Shown: piece after piece, positions 19,601 to 28,651 of the stretch | Position numbering within the stretch: position 1 is the stretch's first letter | Layout of the letters: every line of letters begins with the position of its first letter | Assembly: GCA_963822965.1 (NCBI GenBank) | Contig: CAWGJT010000010.1 | Location: 864,001-928,000 of the forward strand | Direction of reading: 5' to 3' | Length of the DNA stretch: 64,000 bases | Origin: an uncultured delta proteobacterium | GTDB taxonomy: Bacteria > Myxococcota_A > UBA9160 > UBA4427 | Notes under the pieces: generated by a model | Told to the model about the DNA's origin: nothing | What the model saw: only the letters and a program-made list of their open reading frames with translations | Databases searched by the model: none | Program-made: the position numbers and the translations under genes

Positions 19601-20290
19601 GGCGACGGCTGGGCCTACGACATCGGCTCGGCGGGCCTCGACCACGTGCTCGCCTCGGGCCGCAACGTGAACGTGCTCGTCCTCGACACCCAGGTCTACT
19701 CGAACACCGGCGGCCAGGCGTCGAAGGCGACGCCCCGGGGTGCGGTGGCCAAGTTCGCTTCCGGGGGCAAGGACGTCCCGCGCAAGGACCTGGGCATGGT
19801 CGCCAGCGCCTACGGGAACGTGTACGTCGCCCAGGTGGCGATCGGGGCGGACGACCAGCAGACCCTGCGCGCGCTGCTCGAGGCGGAGGCCTGGCCGGGC
19901 CCGTCGCTCGTCATCGCCTACAGCACCTGCATCGCCCACGGCATCGACATGGCGCGCTCCATGTCCCACCAGAAGGACGCCGCGAAGAGCGGCTTCTGGC
20001 CGCTGTACCGCTTCCACCCGGGCACCGAGGCCCACATGCACCCGCTGCACCTCGACTCGCGGCGACCCCGGATGCCCCTGGCCGAGTTCCTCCACTCGGA
20101 GGCGCGCTTCGCGATGCTGGAGCGCAGCGATCCGGAGCGGGCGCGGCACCTGACGGCGCTCGCCACCGCGGACGCCGACGAGCGCTGGCGGTTCTACGAG
20201 CAGCTGCAGAACGTGGAGCGCACGGTGCCACACGAAGTTCGCGGAGAGCCCGAGCCCGCGGCGGCCGGGGAAGGGGAGGGCGACCGATGA
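16670..20290 (+). CDS. nifJ: Pyruvate:ferredoxin (flavodoxin) oxidoreductase
   Basis: DGNEAAA, YPITPAS, EMQSEAGAAG, GLGSDGTVG, two CxxCxxCxxxCP motifs, FSGACAGCGETPY, GGDGWAYDIG. Confidence 0.97.
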   Translation: MNPRGRTCIDGNEAAARVAHRLSEVVAIYPITPASPMGEYADAWSARGETNLWGQVPTVIEMQSEAGAAGALHGAVQRGALATTFTASQGLLLMIPNLYKIAGELTPCVLHVAARTVATHALSIFGDHSDVMAVRQTGFALLASGSVQEAHDLALVAHAASLRSRVPFLHFFDGFRTSHEMNTIELLEDDDLRALVREQDVAAHRARRLTPDAPVLRGSAQNPDVFFQAREACEPFYADVPAAVAEIFETLAARTGRHYGLVDYVGEPDPEHVLVLMGSGAGAASQAVESLRQSGRRVGLLVIRLYRPFPREALLRALPDSVRAVAVLDRTKEPGAAGEPLYLDVVAALAERAMERGEAMPRVAGGRYGLGGKEFTPAHAKAVFDALAGDGPPRSFTVGIVDDVSRSSLPVDAAFRVPHAGVSALFFGLGSDGTVGATKSSARILAEQAGLHAQGYFVYDSKKSGAVTVSHLRFGEAPIRATYQIDEADFVACHQPGFLERMPIAERCRSGGTLLLNTPHAAAAVWDVLPREAQEAILARGLSLYVIDADRVADEVGMGRQINTVMQPCFFALAGVLPREQALDAIRAEIRRAYRKRGPAVVRRNLAAVDRALEALQPVAIPAAASAGSGRRPPVPAGSPDFVERVTARLLAGEGDLLPVSALPVDGTFPTGTARFEKRAIAREIPIWKPELCIDCGKCAMVCPHAAIRMKVFPEASLAEAPADFPAKPFRSRELPDHLMTIQVAPDDCTGCGVCVDVCPAHSKEQVRIKSINMEPVEAHRDRERERFDFFLSVPELDRRLLAPGTVKGVQTREPLFEFSGACAGCGETPYLKLLTQLFGDRMVVANATGCSSIFGGNLPTTPWSRNPEGRGPAWANSLFEDDAEFGLGMWLAQERLEAEARALLEQLAPRLGEEELARAILASDQTGEVEIAAQRERVARLRERLAGAAGDLDGDAAARLAQLADELVRKCVWIVGGDGWAYDIGSAGLDHVLASGRNVNVLVLDTQVYSNTGGQASKATPRGAVAKFASGGKDVPRKDLGMVASAYGNVYVAQVAIGADDQQTLRALLEAEAWPGPSLVIAYSTCIAHGIDMARSMSHQKDAAKSGFWPLYRFHPGTEAHMHPLHLDSRRPRMPLAEFLHSEARFAMLERSDPERARHLTALATADADERWRFYEQLQNVERTVPHEVRGEPEPAAAGEGEGDR

Positions 20291-21285
20291 GCGGACCGGA
20301 CCTCGGCACGGACTACCTCGGTCTCGCGCTCCGCTGTCCCCTCGTGGCCTCGTCGTCGCCGCTCACCGGCAATCTCGACGACCTCCGCCGGCTCGAGGAC
20401 GCGGGCGTCGGCGCGGTGGTGCTGCCCTCGCTGTTCGAGGAGGAGCTCGAGGCGGAGTCGCTGTCCGTCCACCGCTGGCTCGAGACCGGCGCCGAGGCCC
20501 ACTACGAGGCCGCCAGCTACCAGCCGGAGCTGGAGGACTACGACCTGGGCTCGGATTCGCACCTGGCGCTGGTCGCGCGGGCCAAGGAGGCCCTTGCGAT
20601 CCCGGTAATCGCGAGCCTCAACGGCACCACTCCCGGCGGCTGGATCGAGAACGCCAGGAGCCTGGAGGATGCCGGCGCCGACGGCATCGAGCTGAACCTC
20701 TACCGCGTGGCGGCGGATCCGACGCTCGACTCCGCCGCCATCGAGGCGCGCGACGCCGAGCTCGTGCGACTCGTCCGCGCCGAGGTGCGGATTCCGCTCG
20801 CGGTGAAGCTGTCTCCCTTCTTCACGGCCCTCGCCCACACCGCCCGCGAGCTCGTGCGGCAGGGCGCCGACGGCCTCGTCCTCTTCAACCGCTTCTACCA
20901 GCCGGATCTCGACCTCGAGAGCCTCGCCGTGACGCCGCGCCTCACCCTGAGCTCGAGCGAGGAGCTGCGCCTGCCCCTGCGCTGGATCGGGCTCCTCCAC
21001 GGCCGGGTCCGAGCCTCGCTGGCGGCCACCACCGGCGTGCACCGGGCCGAGGATGCCCTGAAGGTGCTGCTCGCCGGTGCCGACGTCGCCATGATGGCGT
21101 CGGCGCTGCTGCAGAACGGTCCCGGTCATGCCGCGGGCGTGCTGCGGGACGTGCACGCCTGGCTCGAGGAGCACGAGTACGACTCCGTGCGCCAGCTGAA
21201 GGGCAGCGTGAGCCAGTCCGGCGCCGAAGACCCCGAGGCCTTCGAGCGCGCCAACTACCTCAAGACGCTGCACAGCTACGCGTGA
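20287..21285 (+). CDS. Dihydroorotate dehydrogenase-like flavoprotein
   Basis: ATGA overlap with nifJ; LPSLFEE, PVIASLNG, IELN, VKLSP, LFNRFYQPD, AFERANY. Confidence 0.9.
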   Translation: MSGPDLGTDYLGLALRCPLVASSSPLTGNLDDLRRLEDAGVGAVVLPSLFEEELEAESLSVHRWLETGAEAHYEAASYQPELEDYDLGSDSHLALVARAKEALAIPVIASLNGTTPGGWIENARSLEDAGADGIELNLYRVAADPTLDSAAIEARDAELVRLVRAEVRIPLAVKLSPFFTALAHTARELVRQGADGLVLFNRFYQPDLDLESLAVTPRLTLSSSEELRLPLRWIGLLHGRVRASLAATTGVHRAEDALKVLLAGADVAMMASALLQNGPGHAAGVLRDVHAWLEEHEYDSVRQLKGSVSQSGAEDPEAFERANYLKTLHSYA

Positions 21286-21319
21286 TGGGTTCGACGGGCG
21301 CGGAGTGCTGGAGGGCGAG

Positions 21320-22501
21320 ATGAGGGCGGTCGTATGTCAGCACGCTGAGCTCCGGGTGGAGGAGATTCCCGAGCCGGTCCCCGGCCCGGGCCAGGTGCTG
21401 GTCGAGGTGGTGCGGTGCGGCATCTGCGGCTCGGATCTGCACGTCCGCCACAACTGCGACCACATGAAGCAGCTGCTCGGGCGCGTTGGCTACGCGGAGA
21501 GCTTCCCCAGCGAAGCGGATCCGCTGGTTCTCGGCCACGAGCTCTGCTGCGAGGTGCTCGACTACGGCCCCGGCTGCAACCGGCGCATCGCGCCCGGAAG
21601 GCCGGTCGTCGCGCAGCCCCTGCTGCGCCAGGGCAGCGGCGTCGAGCTGGTGGGCCTGTCGAAGACGGCGACCGGCGGCTACGCCGAGCGCATGTTGCTG
21701 CAGGAGTCGACCCTGGTTCCGGTACCCAACGGTCTCTCCCCCGAGATGGCGGCTCTGACGGAGCCGATGTCCGTGGGCTGGCACGCGGTGCGCCGCAGCG
21801 AGGCGGGCCGGAAGGACGTGGCCATCGTGATCGGCTGTGGTCCGGTGGGGCTCGCGGTGATCTGCCTGCTCAAGGCCAGGAGGGTGAGGGCCATCATCGC
21901 CAGCGATCTCTCCCCAGGCCGGCGTGCCCTGGCGCAGCGTTGCGGTGCCGACGTGGTGATCGACCCGGCGGAGAGCTCCCCCTATGGCGTTGGCGAGGAG
22001 CACGGCTTCGTGCGGGACCTGCCGGCCCTGCTCGGCCAGGCGCTGGAGACCCGGGAGACCCTCGGCAAGCTCCCGGTGCCCTGGTGGCACGTCTGGCGCC
22101 TGGGCGAGTGGCTCGGCGCCAACCCGGCGCGGCCCATCATCTTCGAGTGCGTCGGCCTGCCCGGGCTGATCCAGCAGATCGTCGACGGCGCGCCGCTGAT
22201 GTCGCGCGTCGTGGTGGTGGGGGTGTGCATGCAGATGGATCGCTTCGAGCCCGCCCTGGCCATCCAGAAGGAGATCGACCTGCGCTTCGTGCTCGGGCAG
22301 ACGCCGCTCGAGTACCGCGACGTCGTGCACATGATCGCCGACGGCAAGGTCGATTGCGCGCCGATGCTCACCGGGATCGTCGGGCTCGACGGAGTGGCGA
22401 ACGCCTTCGATGCGCTGCAGGACCCGGAGACGCACGCCAAGATCCTGATCGATCCCCGGAGTGCCGCGACCACACCCGAGAGCCCGAACGCCGTCGCGTG
22501 A
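21320..22501 (+). CDS. Zinc-binding alcohol dehydrogenase (MDR family)
   Basis: CGICGSDLH, GHE, LTEP, GCGPVG. Confidence 0.92.
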   Translation: MRAVVCQHAELRVEEIPEPVPGPGQVLVEVVRCGICGSDLHVRHNCDHMKQLLGRVGYAESFPSEADPLVLGHELCCEVLDYGPGCNRRIAPGRPVVAQPLLRQGSGVELVGLSKTATGGYAERMLLQESTLVPVPNGLSPEMAALTEPMSVGWHAVRRSEAGRKDVAIVIGCGPVGLAVICLLKARRVRAIIASDLSPGRRALAQRCGADVVIDPAESSPYGVGEEHGFVRDLPALLGQALETRETLGKLPVPWWHVWRLGEWLGANPARPIIFECVGLPGLIQQIVDGAPLMSRVVVVGVCMQMDRFEPALAIQKEIDLRFVLGQTPLEYRDVVHMIADGKVDCAPMLTGIVGLDGVANAFDALQDPETHAKILIDPRSAATTPESPNAVA

Positions 22502-22555
22502 GCGCCCGGCGCGAGCCGGGTACGGATTCATCCCTGCGAACAGGAGATCGTCCCC

Positions 22556-24262
22556 ATGACCCAGATCACCGGTGGAGAGCTGCTGGCCCGCTGTCTGGCG
22601 GCCGAGAGCGTGCGCTTCGTGTTCGGGCTTCCCTGCCCGGAGGTCGACCCCCTGCTGGCGGCGCTCGAGAAGAACGACATCCGATTCGTGCCGGTCCGCC
22701 ACGAGGCCGCCGGCGCGCACATGGCCGAGGGCCTGTACAAGACCACCGGCGAGGTGGCGGCCGTGCTCGGCAATCCGGGCCCCGGCTCGGCCAACCTGCT
22801 GCCGGGGGTGATCACGGCCCGGCACGAAGGCGTTCCCGTCGTCGCGATCACCGCGCAGCACCGCCTCGGCATCGTCTACCCCTCGCCGCCTTCGACCTTC
22901 CAGGGGCAGGACCAGCTCGAGGCCTTCGGAGCCAGCGTGAAGTGGGGCGCTCCGATCTTCTCGTTCGCCCGCATTCCCGAGGTCACCCGCATGGCCTTCC
23001 GCGAGATGTGGTCCGGACGACCCGGACCGGTGCAGCTCGAGGTGCCGGCGCCGGTGATGTACGAGACCGGGGACGAGGACAGCGCGCGCGTGCTGCCGCC
23101 TTCGCGCTACCGCACCGGGGCGCTGCCGGCCTCCGAAGCGCAGCTCGAGCAGGTGGCCGATCTGCTCGCGGGTGCGGCCCGTCCCGCCATCGTGGCCGGC
23201 GGGGGCGTCGACCGAGCCGGTGCCAACGCCGCCCTGCTGCGGCTCGCCGAGCTCGTCGGCTGCCCGCTGGTGCCGACCATGGCGGGCCGCGCGGTCGTGC
23301 CGCGGGATCACTCCCACTACGTCTACGGTTCCGGCGCCGGAGGCGACCTGGTGCGGCGGGAAGCCGACGTCGTGCTCGTCGTCGGCTCCCGGCTCGGCAA
23401 TCTCGACCTGCCGTACGACAAGTACTGGGGCGACCCGGATCGCCAGAAGATCGTGCAGATCGACGTCGATCCACGTCACATCGGTGTGACGCGGCCCATC
23501 GAGCTCGCTGTCGTTGCAGACGCGCGCAGCGCTCTGGAAGGCCTGGTGCGCGTGCTCGAGAAGCGCGGAATCCGGGCGCGGCCGCCCCAGGAGCTCGCGC
23601 GCTACCGGGAGGCCGACCGGGCCTGGTGGGCCGAGCAGTTCGAAGGGGTCGAGGGCTGGTCGGGCCGGGGCATGCATCCCGCCCAGGCCATGCAGGCCGT
23701 CGGGCGGGTGTTCGGATCGGACGCCATCTACACGGTGGACGGCGGCAACACCTCGCTGTGGGGGCACTGGTTCCTGCCGTCCACGCGGCCTCGCTCCTAC
23801 CACAACATCCTCGAGCTGGGCATGCTCGGCACCGGCATTCCGTCGGCGATCGGCGCCAAGCTGGGAGCGCCGGAGAGAAGCGTCGTCTGCGTGACCGGCG
23901 ACGGCGCCGCCGGATTCAACATGATGGAGATGCAGTCGGCGGCCCGCGAGGGGCTCGCCGTGACGACGGTGGTCTTCGCCGAGGGCTCGTGGACCATGGA
24001 GGAGCCGAACGAGCGCATGCACTACGGCCGCACCTTCGGAACCGCCATGGGCGAGGTGCGCTGGGACCGCGTGGGCGAAGGCCTCGGCTGCCGTGGATTC
24101 TACGTCGAGCGGATCGAGGACCTCGAGCCCGCTCTGGTGCGCGCACGGGACGGCGAGGGCCCGGCGGTGGTGTGCCTGCGCACGGACCGGGACGCGAATC
24201 TCGCGACGCCTCCGGACCCGCTGCTGCGCTTCGTCGAGGTCTACCAGGGACCCGTCGGCTGA
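22556..24262 (+). CDS. Thiamine-diphosphate-dependent enzyme (AHAS/lyase superfamily)
   Basis: RHEAAGAHMAEG, GPGSAN, GRPGPV, GDG motif. Confidence 0.9.
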   Translation: MTQITGGELLARCLAAESVRFVFGLPCPEVDPLLAALEKNDIRFVPVRHEAAGAHMAEGLYKTTGEVAAVLGNPGPGSANLLPGVITARHEGVPVVAITAQHRLGIVYPSPPSTFQGQDQLEAFGASVKWGAPIFSFARIPEVTRMAFREMWSGRPGPVQLEVPAPVMYETGDEDSARVLPPSRYRTGALPASEAQLEQVADLLAGAARPAIVAGGGVDRAGANAALLRLAELVGCPLVPTMAGRAVVPRDHSHYVYGSGAGGDLVRREADVVLVVGSRLGNLDLPYDKYWGDPDRQKIVQIDVDPRHIGVTRPIELAVVADARSALEGLVRVLEKRGIRARPPQELARYREADRAWWAEQFEGVEGWSGRGMHPAQAMQAVGRVFGSDAIYTVDGGNTSLWGHWFLPSTRPRSYHNILELGMLGTGIPSAIGAKLGAPERSVVCVTGDGAAGFNMMEMQSAAREGLAVTTVVFAEGSWTMEEPNERMHYGRTFGTAMGEVRWDRVGEGLGCRGFYVERIEDLEPALVRARDGEGPAVVCLRTDRDANLATPPDPLLRFVEVYQGPVG

Positions 24263-24303
24263 CCCCCGCGCGCCGGAGGCGCCACGTGTGCAACACTCGG
24301 CGA

Positions 24304-25782
24304 ATGCCGTGCCGGGTCTCGTGTGCGCCTCGCGTCGTCGCCGTCGCGATCGGAGCCCTGGTTCTCGCGGGCTGTGGCAGCGAGGACGCGCCGTCCGCCG
24401 TCGACGGCGACGCGGGAATCGAGGAGTTCGCCGGCCCCGATCTCGAGCCGTTCAGCGGCGATCTGGACGCCATGCGCGAGCGGCGCGTGATCCGGGCCCT
24501 GGTGACGCCCAGCCGGACCGACTTCTTCGTCGACAGCGGCCGCATTCGCGGCATGCAGGCCGAGCTGCTGCAGCAGTTCGTCAAGCGCCTGAACGACCGG
24601 ACCCACGACGAGACGAAGAAGATCCGCCTCCGCTACGTGCCGGTCGCCTTCGACGAGCTGATTCCGGCCCTGCGCGAGGGCCGGGGGGACATCGCCGCCG
24701 CCTTCCTGACGGTGACCGAGGACCGTACCGCGGACGTGGCCTTCGCTGCGCCCTTCCGGCGGAACGTGGCGGAGGTGGTGGTCACCCATCGCGGCGTCGG
24801 GGCGCCGGCGAACCTGGAGGATCTGGCGGGGCGCCGCGTCTACGTGCTCCGGGGCAGCAGCTACGCCGAGCACCTGCGGGCGCTCGACGCCCGGCTCCGA
24901 GCCGAGGGGCGCGAGCCCCTGGAGATCGAGGAGGCCGATCCGCACCTGCGCAGCGAGGACATCCTGGAGTTCGTGCAGGCCGGCGTCGTCGAAGCGACCG
25001 TGATCGACGACTACAAGGCCGATCTCTGGGCCCGCGTCCTGCCGGACGTCGTCGTCCACGAGAACGTGAAGCTCAGCGACGGAAACCGCGTGGCGTGGGC
25101 GGTCCGCTCCGGCTCTCCGCAGCTCGAGGCGGCGATCGACGGATTCGTCGGCGAGGCCCGGGAGGGCGCCCTGCTCGGGAACGTCCTGCTCGAACGCTAC
25201 TTCGGGAACGAGAAGTGGATTTCGAACCCGACGGCCCGGGCGGAACGCGACAAGCTGCGCCGCTACCTCGAGCTCTTCCGGAAGTACGGCGACCGCTTCG
25301 GCTTCGATCGGTTCGCGCTCGCCGCCCAGGCCTACCAGGAATCCGGCCTGGACCACGGCCGCCGGAGCGCCGCGGGAGCGGTCGGCCTGATGCAGATTCT
25401 GCCGAGCACCGCTGCGGATCCGAACGTGGGCATCTCGAACATCGACGATCCCGACGGCAACGTCCACGCGGGAGCGAAGTACCTGGCCTTCCTCCGTGAC
25501 CGCTACTTCGACGCGCCCGAGCTGAGCGAATGGGATCGCCGGGCCTTCACCTGGGCCGCGTACAACGCCGGCCCGCGCAAGATCCAGGAGGCGCGGGCGC
25601 TCGCCGCACGTCTGGGGCTCGACCGCGACGTCTGGTTCGGCAACGTGGAGGTGGCCGCGGCCCGTCTGGTCGGCCGCGAGCCCGTCCGCTACGTGGCGAA
25701 CATCTACCGCTACTTCGTCGCGTATCGCCTGTCCTGGGTTCGCGAGCAGCAGCGCCGCGAGGCGGTGCGAGAGACCGGCTAG
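24304..25782 (+). CDS. mltF: Membrane-bound lytic murein transglycosylase F-like lipoprotein
   Basis: LAGC lipobox, SBP_bac_3-like N-domain, SLT motifs AYQESG, AVGLMQI, AAYNAGP. Confidence 0.85.
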   Translation: MPCRVSCAPRVVAVAIGALVLAGCGSEDAPSAVDGDAGIEEFAGPDLEPFSGDLDAMRERRVIRALVTPSRTDFFVDSGRIRGMQAELLQQFVKRLNDRTHDETKKIRLRYVPVAFDELIPALREGRGDIAAAFLTVTEDRTADVAFAAPFRRNVAEVVVTHRGVGAPANLEDLAGRRVYVLRGSSYAEHLRALDARLRAEGREPLEIEEADPHLRSEDILEFVQAGVVEATVIDDYKADLWARVLPDVVVHENVKLSDGNRVAWAVRSGSPQLEAAIDGFVGEAREGALLGNVLLERYFGNEKWISNPTARAERDKLRRYLELFRKYGDRFGFDRFALAAQAYQESGLDHGRRSAAGAVGLMQILPSTAADPNVGISNIDDPDGNVHAGAKYLAFLRDRYFDAPELSEWDRRAFTWAAYNAGPRKIQEARALAARLGLDRDVWFGNVEVAAARLVGREPVRYVANIYRYFVAYRLSWVREQQRREAVRETG

Positions 25783-25786
25783 CCAA

Positions 25787-25805
25787 GGGAGCCCGTTGGG
25801 CTCCC
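25787..25805. terminator. Hairpin between convergent genes (possible bidirectional terminator)
   Basis: GGGAGCCC-GTT-GGGCTCCC perfect 8-bp stem; U-tract is weak. Confidence 0.45.
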
Positions 25806-25840
25806 GTTGCGTCGCCGTTGGTCCGTGCCGGGATCCGAGC

Positions 25841-28651
25841 CTAGGGTGCGGGCGCCGTCGAGGCCCCGGCGCCGGCGGGGATCGTCTTGTCGGGCCACCA
25901 CGACTCCGGAAGCAGGCTCAGCAGCGCGGGCACCAGCAGCACGGCGCCGAGGGCGTTCACGGTCATCAGGATCGAGAGCAGCAGGCTCATCTCCGCCGAG
26001 AAGCGCAGGCTCGAGATCGGAATCCAGAAGATGATGCCCGCGATGAGGGTCGACGCGGTGAACGCGATCGCCAGGCCGGTGGTCCGGATGGCGCGCGCGA
26101 TGGCTTCCAGCCGGGCGAGACCGCTCGCGCGCTCCTGGAAGATGCGGTCGACGATGTAGATCGCGTAGTCGACCCCGATGCCCACGCCGATCGCCTGCAC
26201 CGGCAGGGTGTTCACGTTGACGCCGATCCCGAAGAGCGTCTGCACGGCCAGGGCCGCCAGGGCGGCCGTCCCCAGGGAGACGATGAGCAGCGCGCCCACC
26301 AGCAGGGATCGGTAGCTCAGGGTCACGATGACGAAGGTGGCCAGGAAAACGACCGCGAGGCCCACGCTGTGGCTGGCCTCGATCTCCTCGTTCGCCGCCG
26401 CGAGGATCCCGATGCTGCCCGCGGCCAGGCGCAGCTCGACGCCGTCGCGCAGCCACGTGCCGCTGGGTCTCGGCGAGAGCTCGTCGTCTCGTGACGGGCG
26501 CACCCACAGCTCGTAGGCGCCGAAGGGGCCGCGATGGCGGAGCTCGGCGAGGAGGCCCGTCTCGGGCTCCTCGAAGCGCGCGAGCACCTGCCCGTGCTCC
26601 CACGAGACGCCGGCCAGGCGGGTGACGGGAAGCGTGCCGTCCGGCTTGGTCACGACGAGTGCGGGCTCGGCGGCGGGCAGCAGCAGGGCGAGGGACGGAA
26701 ACGCCCGCCGCCAGCCGTGAGGGGCCGGCGCTTCGAGGCGGATGGCCAGGCTCCCGTCCAGGTGCTCGTCGGCGACGAAGCGACGCAGCCGAGCGTTGGC
26801 CTCGCGCACCGTGTCGGCCTGGTGGTCCCGGTAGAAGACCCGGACCGAGAGCGAGTGGCCGTCGCGCGAGCGGTAGGCGTCCAGGATGCCCGGCGACGGG
26901 ATGGCCGTCTCGAGGAAGAAGAGGAAGCCCGAGGTCTCGGCGGTGTCCTGGGGCCACATCGCCCAGCGCGGGTCGTTGTTGTGGAAGGTCCGAACGGTCT
27001 GCTTGAACAGATCCACGAAGGAAATGCTGCCTCCGGCCTTGGGGTCGGTCTCGAGCACCCGCTGGAGGCTCTCGACCCACTTGAGGGCGTCGGGGGCGTA
27101 GACCCGGCCCGGCACCTCGGCGTGGGCGACCACGAGCAGATCGTCGAGCCCGAAGAAGCGCTTCCCGATCTCCCGGGCCGCCACGTTGAACTCGGCGTCG
27201 GGGTAGAGGATGGGGCTGCCGGGTCGGTTCTCGCCGACGGGCAGGTCGCGTGCCAGGCCGAAGCACACCAGCGCGCCCACCCCGAAGACGCCGACGACGA
27301 CCGCCGCGCCGGCACGGCTGCCCACCAGCCCGGCCGCCAGGGAGAGTACGCTCGCTACCGGCTTCGGCACGTAGTGCTGTCGGCTGCGGGGCGCCGGCAG
27401 GTACAGGATGAGGAGGCGGTTCAGCAGCATCTCGGTGACGCCGATGGACGCCGCCCAGAACGCGCACAAGACGCCCAGCTCCTGGACCAGGGGGATCGCG
27501 GCCAGCGAAATCGTCAGCAGACCGACGCAATCGGTGAGGATCGCCATGGTGCCGGGCAGCAGCAGCTCGCTCATCGACAGGATGCAGGCTTCCTGCTTGT
27601 CGCCCAGCAGCTCGTACTCTTCGTAGAAGCGCTCGACGAACTGCACCGAGTGGCTGATCGCCCGGGCGGTGATCAGCATGGGGACCACCAGCACCAGGGG
27701 GTCGAGGTTGAAGCCCATCCAGGCGGCGAAGCCCAGGCCCCACACGACGTTCACGGCGGCGCCGGATAGCGGCAGGAAGACGCCGTAGAAGTGCCGGAAG
27801 TAGGCCCATAGCAGCACCATCGAAACCAGCACGGTGAAGAAGAAGACCAGCAGGATCTCGGTGGAGAACGCGTAGGCCCAGCCGAACAGCATCGGCTGGC
27901 CGGTGACGTAGACGTCGACCGGGTAGCGGGCTTCGACGTCGCGCACCAGCTGCTGTACGTGCTTGAAGAGCGCCGCGTAGTCGATCCGGGCCTCGAGGAA
28001 GCTCACGCGTACGAGGGACGCGCGCTCGTCCGTCGACACGACGACGCCGTAGACCGAGGGATTCCGCTGCACCCGCTCCTGCAGGTCGCGCCATTCCTCG
28101 GGCCGGGTCGGAATCTCCACCAGCAGCTGGGGCGATTCGAGGGTGCCGTCGACGCGCACGCGCTGGTCCCGAACGCTGCGGTGGGTGAGGCTGGAGGTCA
28201 GGTTGTGCTCGACCCCTGTATCCGCCGGGACGGCGTCTCCCCGGCGGAAGATCGACTCGGCGACGCCCACCATGGCGTGGACGGCCCGGGCCACCGCGCC
28301 GTGGGGCGTGATGTAGTCGCTGGCGGGGCGGGCGTTGACCTCCGGCGGAACGACCGACGAGTCGAGCCCTTCGGTCAGGACGGCGATGGCCTCGATGACC
28401 TCGGGCTGGTAGATGTCGCCCTCGCGGGCGACGACGGCGGCGACGACCGTGTTCGCCGTGCCGTAGACGTCCCGGTACTCCTCGTAGGTCTGGATGTACG
28501 GATGGCTGCGGGGCAGCAGGTCGAGGAACTCGGTGAAGATCTCGAGCTTCCGCATCTGCCAGGCGAAGAAGAGGGTGGCGAGCGCGATGACGATCGCGAA
28601 GCCGTGACGGTGCCGGGCGAAGAAACGCGAGAATCGTTCGGCGGTGCTCAT
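25841..28651 (-). CDS. RND/MMPL family transporter
   Basis: LLPRSHPY, ARAISHSVQ, IGVGIGVDYAIY; two TM bundles separated by periplasmic domains. Confidence 0.9.
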   Translation of the reverse strand: MSTAERFSRFFARHRHGFAIVIALATLFFAWQMRKLEIFTEFLDLLPRSHPYIQTYEEYRDVYGTANTVVAAVVAREGDIYQPEVIEAIAVLTEGLDSSVVPPEVNARPASDYITPHGAVARAVHAMVGVAESIFRRGDAVPADTGVEHNLTSSLTHRSVRDQRVRVDGTLESPQLLVEIPTRPEEWRDLQERVQRNPSVYGVVVSTDERASLVRVSFLEARIDYAALFKHVQQLVRDVEARYPVDVYVTGQPMLFGWAYAFSTEILLVFFFTVLVSMVLLWAYFRHFYGVFLPLSGAAVNVVWGLGFAAWMGFNLDPLVLVVPMLITARAISHSVQFVERFYEEYELLGDKQEACILSMSELLLPGTMAILTDCVGLLTISLAAIPLVQELGVLCAFWAASIGVTEMLLNRLLILYLPAPRSRQHYVPKPVASVLSLAAGLVGSRAGAAVVVGVFGVGALVCFGLARDLPVGENRPGSPILYPDAEFNVAAREIGKRFFGLDDLLVVAHAEVPGRVYAPDALKWVESLQRVLETDPKAGGSISFVDLFKQTVRTFHNNDPRWAMWPQDTAETSGFLFFLETAIPSPGILDAYRSRDGHSLSVRVFYRDHQADTVREANARLRRFVADEHLDGSLAIRLEAPAPHGWRRAFPSLALLLPAAEPALVVTKPDGTLPVTRLAGVSWEHGQVLARFEEPETGLLAELRHRGPFGAYELWVRPSRDDELSPRPSGTWLRDGVELRLAAGSIGILAAANEEIEASHSVGLAVVFLATFVIVTLSYRSLLVGALLIVSLGTAALAALAVQTLFGIGVNVNTLPVQAIGVGIGVDYAIYIVDRIFQERASGLARLEAIARAIRTTGLAIAFTASTLIAGIIFWIPISSLRFSAEMSLLLSILMTVNALGAVLLVPALLSLLPESWWPDKTIPAGAGASTAPAP

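Noticed and set aside
12546..25782. Very long alternative ORFs (e.g. 12546..16622 -, 16631..20233 -, 21260..24022 -, and the N-terminal parts of 18190..21285 and 21415..25782).
   Set aside because: Shadow frames of real genes in GC-rich DNA; Arg/Pro/Gly-rich or antisense translations with no motifs.
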